A stretch of 15,532 nucleotides of DNA, taken from Candidatus Methylomirabilota bacterium (GTDB taxonomy: Bacteria > Methylomirabilota > Methylomirabilia > Rokubacteriales > CSP1-6). The stretch is taken from assembly GCA_046726415.1 (NCBI GenBank), contig JBKPAK010000150.1, positions 1-15,532 on the forward strand, in the 5' to 3' direction. Of this stretch, positions 7,877 to 15,532 are shown piece by piece. Numbering within the stretch: position 1 is the first letter of the stretch; the number at the start of each line of letters is the position of its first letter. The notes beneath the pieces are model-generated. The model saw nothing but the letters and a program-made list of their open reading frames with translations, had not been told where the DNA came from and made no database searches. A program made the position numbers and the translations under genes.

Positions 7877-8204
7877 ACTACGGGCCTGTCCGATTGCCTC
7901 GGGCCGTTCATCGTCGGCGTGTGTCCTGGGACTTCACGACGCGGCCCGTCGGTCCATCTCCAACGGCCGGCCCGAGACTCTCCCGGCTTTCGCGCGAGGT
8001 GTGTCCATACATGCTCAGGGTCTCTGACCGCGCGGGACTTCGGGGCGCCTCGCGCTGGCGACGCGTCGAGTGTGGCCTTCCGCTTTTCCTTACAGCGTCG
8101 GCGCTCCAGAGGGTTCGTCTTTCGCGGCTGAATACCCGGCCTGCGCGTTCCCCTGTCAACGCTTCGCCTGCACCCTTGCGGGCGTCGACGCATGACTCGG
8201 GGCC
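7877..8204 (-). mobile_element. Internal ribozyme fragment (approximately domains I-III) of a second group II intron (outer); 5' end, RT ORF and domains V/VI absent
   Basis: GGCCCCGAGTCATGCG...GCGAAGCGTTGACAGGGGAACGCGCAGGCCGGGTATTCAGCCGCGAAAG...CGCGCGGTCAGAGACCCTGAGCATG...ACGATGAACGGCCCGAGGCAATCGGACAGGCCCGTAGT are conserved bacterial group II intron blocks. Confidence 0.8.
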
Positions 8205-8300
8205 TCTCAGGCGCCAGAAGGCGCTTGGAAAGGAGATAAGCACCAAGTCTGGCAACTGACCAGGAAGAACGCTGGGAGGGTCAACACGGAAGTCTATTTC

Positions 8301-8336
8301 TATAATCTCGCGGTGGTGCCCAAAGGGCATGGAGGA
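8301..8336 (+). promoter_or_regulatory. -10 box and RBS of the downstream secreted-protein gene
   Basis: TATAAT at 8301-8306 (no clear -35). GGAGGA at 8331-8336, 8 nt before ATG 8345. Confidence 0.5.
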
Positions 8337-8344
8337 GTGAGATC

Positions 8345-9076
8345 ATGCAGAACCAGATGCTTTGCCGAAACGTTGTAGCGGTCATGGTGGTTATCGTAGG
8401 GCTGATGGTAGCAGGAATCGTCCCCGTTGCGCAGGCTGACAGCGGGAATCCGAACCCGAAAGTCATTCCCTTAGACTCCAGACCGTATGGGAACACCTAT
8501 GGCGAGTGGAGCGCGAAATGGTGGCAATGGGCGCTCTCCATTCCCGCGGCCACGAACCCAGGCCTTGATGAAACGGGAGCACACTGCGCCGAGAGACAAG
8601 TCGGGCAGGTATGGTTTTTGGCAGGCTCGTTCTTCGGTGGCACCTTCGACCGCGCCTGCGCTGTCCCTCTCGGAAAAGCCCTGTTCCTTCCGATCGTCAA
8701 CGCAGCCTTCGGAGCGGCGGTGTTCGACTGTGAGCCCACGAATCCTGGCGTTCCCTGCGATGTAACTGCATTACGCGCAGCTGCTGCGGCGTCGATGGAT
8801 TCCGTAAGGATCGAAGCCAGCATCGACGGCGTCCCACTACGCGATTTGCTTGATTATCGGGTGCAGTCACCAGTCTTTAGTGTCACCCTCCCTGAGGCGA
8901 ACATCGTTGGCGTCCCGCCGGGTACCTACGCGCCTATGGTCTCAGACGGCTACTGGCTGATGCTCGCACCGCTGTCTGCAGGCGCGCACACCATCCATCT
9001 TCACGGCATCATAACCGGCGGCCCTTTTGCGGGATTTGAGACTGAGGTTACCTACCACCTCACAGTCGGGCACTAG
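8345..9076 (+). CDS. Conserved uncharacterised secreted protein, 243 aa
   Basis: Signal peptide ending AQA|DS. Motifs PYGNTYGEWSAKWWQWA, VWFLAG, ALFLPIVN, VSDGYWLMLAPLSAGAHTIH are recognisable from a widespread hypothetical family. Strong RBS. Confidence 0.9.
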   Translation: MQNQMLCRNVVAVMVVIVGLMVAGIVPVAQADSGNPNPKVIPLDSRPYGNTYGEWSAKWWQWALSIPAATNPGLDETGAHCAERQVGQVWFLAGSFFGGTFDRACAVPLGKALFLPIVNAAFGAAVFDCEPTNPGVPCDVTALRAAAAASMDSVRIEASIDGVPLRDLLDYRVQSPVFSVTLPEANIVGVPPGTYAPMVSDGYWLMLAPLSAGAHTIHLHGIITGGPFAGFETEVTYHLTVGH

Positions 9077-9189
9077 GCCCAAGGGAAACATAACAGCGGA
9101 CCCACTCGCCCTCACGGAGCATGTGTGCGGTGAGAAATCGGGGTTTGAAGCTCCGGCCCGTGACGTTCCGTTGCGCGTAGCGGTCCAAG

Positions 9190-9308
9190 CTGAACACCCG
9201 GATCCACTCCAACGTGAACGCGAAGATCAGGGCAACGTGAACGCCCGGATCGGTCATGGTGAACACCAAGATCAGGGTGGTGAACACGTAGATCAGTGAG
9301 CGTGAACA
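9190..9308 (+). repeat. IS21 subterminal transposase-binding repeats, 6 copies (last one partial)
   Basis: TGAACRC-NNN-GATC at 9191, 9215, 9238, 9260 and 9281, plus TGAACA at 9303. Period 21-24 bp. Confidence 0.85.
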
Positions 9309-9400
9309 GGCACTCTGCTCCCGAGACGGGGGCGGGCGCTTGAGCGAGCGCCGCTGGATCGTCCAGCGCGCCGTCCGCCCCAGCAGGGAGAAGGGGCGCG

Positions 9401-9830
9401 ATGGCGGCCGAGCGACTATCCATGCGGCAGATCCGAGAGATCCTCCGACAGAAGTGGGCCCTGGGGCTCAGCCACCGGGCGGTGGTCCGGAGCCTGGGAA
9501 TCGGACTGGGGACGATCACCAGCGTCGTCCGCCGGGCTCACGCCGCCGGGCTGGACTGGCCGCAGGTCCACACCCTCCCCGACGAGGTCCTCGAGGGCCG
9601 GCTCTATGGCCGCCTCGAGGTCGCGGGCCAGCGGCAGCGCCCCGTGGCCCGACTGCGCCTGGATCCACGCCGAGCGCCGCCGGCCCGGCGTCACGTTGGA
9701 GCTGCTCCACCTCGAAACCTCGAGCGGCCCCCTCCGGCTACCGCTACACGCGGTTCTGTGACATCTACCGCCGCTGGCTCCAGCGCCGGGGCCGGGCCAT
9801 GCGCCAGGTCCATCACGCCGGCGACAAGGC
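9401..9830 (+). pseudogene. istA: IS21 transposase IstA, N-terminal fragment with frameshifts
   Basis: MAAERLSMRQIREILRQKWALGLSHRAVVRSLGIG...GLDWP, a shift near 9646 to PDCAWIHAERRRPGVTLELLHLE, then a shift near 9717-9730 to GYRYTRFCDIYRRWL...MRQVHHAGDK, where homology ends. Confidence 0.9.
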
Positions 9831-9896
9831 ATCTTTCGGCCAGAGTCTCCCGGCCTGTAGGTGGCTTTCTTGAGTCGATCCTCGCCGTGCAGCCGT

Positions 9897-12800
9897 TCAC
9901 GAGCCATCCGTCTGACCCGCTGTCGGCGTGTGTGAAGCCATCTCCGCTTCCGCCTGCTCCAACCAGAACCGCATGTCCATCTTGCGGTACATCGTCGTCG
10001 CGGTGGTGAGGTGTTCCTGCGCCTCCTGCCGTTTGCCTGCACGCCGGTAGAGCTTGGCGAGGCCGAGGTGGCAGTGGGCGACGAGGGGGCGCATGCCGAG
10101 CTGGCCTGCGAGCGCCAGCGCCTCGCGGTAGTAGCCTTCGGCGTCCTCGGCGCCGCCTGTCGACGCAACGTCACCGGCGAGACAGAGGGCGTGGGCCTCG
10201 CTTCCCCGAGCCCGCAGCCGGCGGGTGAGCGCCAGTGCCTCGCGGGCGTGGCTGGCAGCCTCGTCGATCCGCCGGCCGAGAGGCAGGTCATCCCCGCGCA
10301 CAGAAGAATGAGCGCCGGCCAGGCGTGATTCTGGCGACGGCGGAACTCCTCGACGGCGTCCGCGACCCGCGGGAGCGCCTCGTCAGCCCGTCCGGCGAGG
10401 GCGTAGGCGGCGCCGAGGGTCGCCGCGACGTTGGATGTCCCGAAGAAGAGCTGGCACGAGCGGGAGAGGTCGAGGCCCCGCTCGAGGACCCGGGTCGCGC
10501 GAGGGAGATCCCCGCGACGGAAGTGGGCAAGGCCGAGTTCGGTCAAGCCGTTGAACAGCGTCCAGGGATGATCGGCCTCTTCAGCGATCCGCACGGCGGC
10601 GTCGGCCTGCCCAATGGCCACGTCGAACCGGCCGAGCTCGGAGAGCACGCCGGCGAGCCAGGCACCTGACAAGGCCGACTGGATGGCAGCCGACCCAAAG
10701 CGTTCGTAGCGCAGGTCACCCTCGAGCGCGACGTTCCGCTCGAGGAAAGTGGCCGCCTCGCTGAACTCGCCCCGGGCCACGTGCGTCCTGCCCAGAAAGG
10801 ACGTGGCGACCACCTCGATCGAGCGATCGCGGCGGATTCGCGCGATGGCCAGGGCCTCCTGCCCGAATCTGACGGCCTCGTCGTAGTCGCCAGTGGCCAG
10901 GCACTGGATCACCATGTATGTGGCGATCCATCCGAGCCGATGCTGGTCGCCGAGCGTCCTGGCGAGCCCCTCCGCCTCGTGAAGGTGCTCCGCCATGCGC
11001 GCCCAATCGCCGAGCGGGAGGAGCGCGTTCCGGAGGTCGATGTGGAGGTCGATCGTCAGCTCGGTCGTCTCCCGGATCTCGGGGAGGCGGCGGAGGGCCC
11101 CGAGGGCCTGATCCAGGTGAGCAATGGCCTCGCGGTTGGCGGCCCGCGCCATGGCCCGGAGCCCCGCCTGGCGGAGATAGGCGACCGCCTTCTCCCACAG
11201 CTCCCCGCGCAGGGCGTGGTGGGCGAGCCGCTCGACCTGCTCGGCCACGCGCTCGGTCGAGAGCCGCTCGATGGCCTCGGTGATGCGAGCGTGCAGGGCC
11301 CGCTGCCGGATGTGGAGCAGCCCCCCGTACGCGACTTCGTGCGTGAGCGCGTGCTTGAACGTGTACTCGAGGTCCGGAAAGAGCCGGGTCTCGTAGAGGA
11401 ACTCCGCGGACTGGAGGTGGGTGAGCTCGGCGCGCACCTCGGGCTCCGGCGCGTCGGCAATGGCCAGGAGCAGCGGCATGGGCACGTCCTTGCCGATGAC
11501 CGCGGCCGCCTGGAGCAGTCTCTTGGCCTCGGGCCGCAGGCGGTCGATGCGCGCGGCCAGGATGGCCTGCACGGTAGCGGGAATTCTTACGTTTTCGACG
11601 GGCCGGGTGAGCCGGTAGGCGCCGCGCTCGCCGGCCAGGACCTGTGTCTCCACCAGGGCCCGCACACTTTCCTCGAGGAAGAGGGGATTCGCTTCCGTCC
11701 TGTCAACGAGGAGCTGCTTGAGCGGGCCGAGGGCTGCGTCAGGGCCGACGAGCGCACCGAGCAGCTCGTCAGCGCTCTCGGGCGGCAGGGGATCGATCCG
11801 GAGCTGGCGGTAGTAGGTCTTGCCACCCCAGGCGTGCTGATACTCGGGCCGGTAGTTCACGAGCAGCAGTAGCCGCGCCGAGCCCAGGCTCTCGACCAGG
11901 CCATCCAGCAGGGACTGGGTCTCGCTGTCGATCCAGTGCAGGTCCTCGAAAATCAGGAGGAGCGGTTGCTCGCGCGCTTCCCGCAGCAACACCCCCCTGA
12001 CCGCGTCGAGCGTGCGCTGGCGGCGCTGTCCCGGATCGAGCGCCCGCCAAGCGGCGTCGGCCACGGGCATGTCGAGCAGAGCCAGCAATGCCGGGAGTGT
12101 CGGCTCCAGCGCTCGGTCGAGGGTGAGGAGTTTGCCCGTCACCTTCTCGCGAACGTCGCGGAGATCGTCGTGAGCCCGAATCTTGAAGTAGTCCTTGAGG
12201 AGGTCGACCACGGGCAGGTAGCTCGTCGCCTTGCCGTACGAGACAGATGCGGTCTCGAGAGTGAGCCAGCCCTGCAGACGATGCGAGTGGATGAACTCGT
12301 AGACAAGGCGCGACTTGCCCACCCCCGCTTCGCCGACGATCGCCACCACCTGACCGTGCCCGGTGCCTGCGAGTTGCTGCGCCCGACGGAGCTGCTCCAG
12401 CTCGGCGTCGCGGCCGACGAAGCGGGTGAGCCCGCGCCGGGCGGCGGTCTGCAGACTGGTCCGGGCCAGTCCCACGCCGGTCACCTCGTAGACCTCCACG
12501 GGGTTGGCGGATCCTTTCACCGGCACGGGGCCAAGCGACTTCACCTCGACGTAGCCCTCGGCCAGCGCCAGCGTCTCGGAGGTAATCACTATTGCACCGG
12601 GATCGGCGATCTGCTCCATCCGTGCCGCGAGATGGGTGGTCTGGCCGACGGCCGTGTAGTCCATGTGGAGATCGCTGCCGATGGCGCGCACCACGACTTC
12701 CCCGGAGTTCAGCCCGACGCGGATCTTGACCACGGCGGCGTGAGAGCGTCGTACCTCCTCGGCGTACTTCGTCACGCTCTCCTGCATCCTGAGCGCGGCG

Positions 12801-13282
12801 TAGCACGCCCGCACCGCGTGATCCTCGTGGGCCAGCGGCGCGCCGAAGAGCGCCATGATCCCATCGCCCATGACCTGGTTGACGGTGCCCTCGTAGCGGT
12901 GGACGGCGTCCATCATGCACTGCAGCACGGGGTCGAGGAGCTGTCGCGCCTCTTCGGGATCGCGGTCGGCGAGCAGCTCCATCGAGCCTTTCAGGTCAGC
13001 GAACAGGACGGTGACCTGCTTGCGCTCGCCTTCGAGCGCCGCCTTCGATGTCAGGATCTTCTCGGCGAGGTGCTTGGGCGTGTAGGAATCGGGTGAGCCG
13101 AACTGAGCTGAAGTCGTCGGCGCCGCTGAGGCGCCAGCCCGGTGTGCACACTCGGGACAAAACTTCGCGCTAGGGGGGAGCTGACTGCCGCAGTTTGTGC
13201 AAGGGCGTGCCAGCGGGGTGGCGCACTCCTGGCAGAATTTCGCCGCGGGGAGGTTGTCGTGCTGGCACCGGGGACACTGCAT
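9897..13282 (-). CDS. Double zinc ribbon + class III adenylate/guanylate cyclase + STAND/AAA ATPase + TPR protein; 1-nt frameshift near 10272
   Basis: Four CxxC pairs (CPRC, CQEC, CTNC, CPEC); ERKQVTVLFADLKGS; MGDGIMALFG; Walker A GEAGVGKS; Walker B LLIFEDLHW; YTFKHALTHEVAY. The real C-terminus (RIDEAASHAREAL...LGMRPLVAHCHLGL...MDMRFWLEQAEAE) is in ORF 9897..10301, so the track's extension to 9416 is an artefact. Confidence 0.92.
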
Positions 13283-13405
13283 TCTAGAGCCGCCTTCGCC
13301 TCAGCCAGGACTGGCCGAAGTCTCGCCTACCGTAGTCGGAATGTCGCGGACGGACAAGCGCTGCTCAAGGCCGGCACGAGCCATCGCCACCCACGATGAG
13401 TCCCC

Positions 13406-14386
13406 TCAGGGCGGCGCGGCCTTGAGCGCCGACGCGAGGAATGCCTTGACGGCGTCAAGGGCGAGCCGGTGCGCCTCCGGATCATAGCCAATCGTCGCTC
13501 CGTGTCGCACACACGGGTGGCCGGCCGCGAACGGCTGCCCCGTGTCTCGGAACACCATCTGTCCGCCAGCTCGTTCTTCGAGCCGACAGTCCGGTCCGGC
13601 CTGCACGTTGGGAAGACGAAGCGTCGGCGGCGAGGTAGGGTTGTCGAAGCCATGCTGTGCTCAAGCGTACTCCGTGAGCTGGATGTCCTTCCCCGCCTGT
13701 CGCAGCCGGTCCACGTATTGGCGACAGGCCGCGACCGGCAGCCAGTCATCGGCGCCACCGTGGAAGATCCGGATCGGCCGCGTACTCACCTGTCCATCGT
13801 CGATATAGGTGCGGATACAGATCGGATAGAAGGGCACGTAGGCGGCAAACTCGAGCCCAGGGGGGGCGTGCATGCGCTGGAATCGCGTGAGGCTTGCGTA
13901 CAGGGCGACGAAGCCGCCCTTGGAGAAGCCCATCACGGCGATCCGAGCCGGGTCGATCCGGGGATGGGTGGCGAGCCGCGCGAGCGCCCGGTACGCGTCG
14001 ACGATCATGCCGACGTGCGAGAGCTGGGCCTGATCGGTGGCCGTCTCCGTGATGCCGCGTCCGCTAAAACTATCGAGGGCGAACGTGGCGAAGCCGGCGC
14101 CGTTCAGCTCCTGGGCCCAGCGGCCGATGTTCGAGCCCACGCCCCCCGAGCCGTGAACCAGCACGATAGCCGGCAGGCGACCTGGCACTCGCGGCAGGCG
14201 CAGCTCGCCCGCGATGGTGGCCGGCGTGCCGCTCGCTGAGCCGGTGAGGAACTCGGGCTCGGTGAGGGTCACCGTCGACAGCGGATGAATCTCCGTCCTC
14301 ACCCCCTGCGCGTGAGCAGCGCTCGCCCCCACCGCCAGGGCCCCGGTCAACAACCAGGTCGCGAACGAAGGCGTCCGAGCTCGCAT
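13406..14386 (-). pseudogene. Secreted dienelactone-hydrolase-like alpha/beta hydrolase with an in-frame TGA at 13663-13661
   Basis: RBS GGAGG, ATG 14386, signal peptide MRARTPSFATWLLTGALAVGASAAHA, HGSGG, nucleophile GFSKGG, GGADDW. It then reads EYA*AQHGFD and continues in frame to YDPEAHRLALDAVKAFL..., stop at 13406. Confidence 0.88.
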
Positions 14387-14465
14387 CTTCAGACCTCCCC
14401 CCTGAACTGCGCGATAGAACGAGAACCGGAAGTACACCCCCTCGGAGAGGTGGCAGGTGGTCGCT

Positions 14466-14638
14466 TCACTCTCTCGTCTCCGCTTCGGCCTGCTCCAGCC
14501 AGAAGCGCATGTCCATTTCGCGGTACATCGTGACCGCGGTGGTGAAGTGCTCGCGGGCCAGCTCCTCCTTGCCGGTGCGCCGGCAGAGCCTGCCGAGGCC
14601 GAGGTGGCAGTGGGCGACAAGCGGGCGCATGCGAGCTC
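14466..14638 (-). pseudogene. C-terminal TPR remnant of a second cyclase/ATPase/TPR paralog
   Basis: MRPLVAHCHLGLGRLCRRTGKEELAREHFTTAVTMYREMDMRFWLEQAEAETRE* (14630-14466) is closely similar to the C-terminus encoded at about 9940-10095. Confidence 0.88.
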
Positions 14639-14753
14639 ACCGCTGACGATCGACTGCTCCTCTCGAGGCGTTGTCCGCTGCTCCTCGCGAACCGGTGGAA
14701 GGGGTGACGGGCCGCGCCGCAAGCAGGGTCGAGAGCCGGCGTGCCTCCCTTAG

Positions 14754-15394
14754 CCCGCTTTATGCGTGAAGAATGAAGGAAAACAGCCATCGAGTCTTCG
14801 AAGTGTGCGAAAAGAGCGGTGTCGAAGCGCCTTCACACACACTCGCGAGGAGGCTCGATGGCCACAGACTGTATACCGCAGCTCACGTTCAAATTCGACA
14901 AGCTTGTCGTGGCCCGGTTCGACGCCGAGCCCGCCAGCTCGGACGGCGGGGCGGTGCTGCTCAAGGCTCTCGATTGCCGGCTGGGCGTCACCGAGGCGGT
15001 GGCCAGCTGTCTCCGGGACCGGCGCCAGCGGGGCAAGGTCCAGCACGAGCTGGTCGACCTGGTACGCCAGCGCATTTTCGGGCTGATCTGCGGCTATCCG
15101 GATTGCAACGACACCGCCCGGCTGACCGACGACGCGATCCACAAACTCCTGCTCGATCGCGATCCGCTCGCCGGTCCCGCCTTGCGTCGCAGCCGACGCT
15201 GTCGCGCTTCGAGAATGCGCTTGGCCCGCTGGCGCTGACCCGGCTGGGGCACGCGCTGGCAGACCTCGTGATCGGGCAGCACTGCGCCCGCCTTGGCGGC
15301 CGCGCCCGGCGCATCACGATCGATCTCGATCCGACGGACGACCCCACCCATGGCCAGCAGGAGTTCGCGTTCTTCAACGGCCACTACGACACCT
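14754..15394 (+). mobile_element. IS1380 family element, left part, interrupted at about 15394
   Basis: Probable left end CCCGCTTTATGCG after TTAG, followed by the transposase below. Confidence 0.8.
14858..15394 (+). pseudogene. IS1380 family transposase, N-terminal part with a frameshift near 15185
   Basis: RBS GGAGG. MATDCIPQLTFKFD...FDAEPASSDGGAVLL...LVRQRIFGLICGYPDCND, a shift, then LASQPTLSRFEN...ITIDLDPTDDPTHGQQEFAFFNGHYDT, where homology stops abruptly. Confidence 0.92.
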
Positions 15395-15532
15395 TATACT
15401 TCCGGCCGTCCTGGGAGGAGTAGCAGAGGAGAGAACACTCTCCTGCTGCCCCAGGCCGACGGGGTATTAGGGAGGGGCGGCCAAGCGTGACGGCCAAGGG
15501 CTTGCTGACCAGAGGACCTTACGACACGGAGC
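15394..15532 (+). mobile_element. Putative non-coding left end of an IS110-family element (runs off window end)
   Basis: Abrupt junction inside the IS1380 gene, no TG/CC-type terminal IR, a TATACT -10 box at the very start (15395-15400) and a structured non-coding sequence. The transposase is not in the window. Confidence 0.5.

Larger units (their letters stand above)
9172..9830 (+). mobile_element. IS21 family remnant (left end plus truncated istA)
   Basis: Begins TGCGCGTAGCGG (TG terminus), followed by multiple subterminal repeats and istA. No istB or right end. Confidence 0.85.

Noticed and set aside
7546..8330. ORFs 7546..8259 (+) and 7908..8330 (-) as an intron-encoded RT or other protein
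   Set aside because: No RT motifs (no YADD). They overlie intron ribozyme sequence.
9190..9308. Regularly spaced repeats resembling a mini-CRISPR array or iterons
   Set aside because: The period is only 21-24 bp with 7-10 nt gaps, and the repeats lie between a TG terminus and istA, which is the standard IS21 end architecture.
9416..10270. 1288-aa length of the cyclase ORF
   Set aside because: After the frameshift near 10272 the translation is Arg/Pro/Ser-rich nonsense running antisense through istA. The true end is 9897.
6001..13282. Nuclease plus STAND cyclase as an anti-phage signalling system
   Set aside because: The nuclease has a secretion signal, is disrupted, and is separated from the cyclase by about 3 kb of unrelated elements and an opposite-strand gene. 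No cyclic-nucleotide-binding effector is present.
13661..13663. Selenocysteine or TGA=Gly genetic code
   Set aside because: The homologous residue is Gly, not Cys, and no convincing SECIS hairpin is present. Other genes here (ending 3581, 9897, 13406) use TGA as a true stop.
14387..14722. N-terminal extension of the 353-aa hydrolase ORF
   Set aside because: It is an off-frame reading of the TPR remnant. The RBS and signal peptide place the start at 14386.

Overview
GC-rich bacterial accessory region that is mostly a graveyard of mobile elements. Remnants or interrupted copies of IS630, IS110 (a 3' end, plus a probable left end), IS1182, an integrase-core transposase, IS21 and IS1380 are present, together with two group II intron fragments, one apparently nested in the other. 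Cargo genes between them: a di-heme oxidoreductase (DHOR) family protein, a DHFR/RibD-C family protein, an excisionase-like HTH fragment, a DRGH non-specific endonuclease split by a 78-bp hairpin, a conserved secreted protein, a zinc-ribbon/class III cyclase/STAND-ATPase/TPR protein (1-nt frameshift), a secreted dienelactone-hydrolase-like enzyme (in-frame TGA) and the tail of a second cyclase paralog. The gene content suggests a Rokubacteria/Methylomirabilota-like host, which is inference only. No complete new system can be demonstrated from this window. The best leads are non-coding: a structured putative IS110 left end with matches to its own insertion junction (bridge-RNA-like), the nested introns, the hairpin element and cassette-like ends around the DHFR-family gene. 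All family calls are by motif recognition, not database search.
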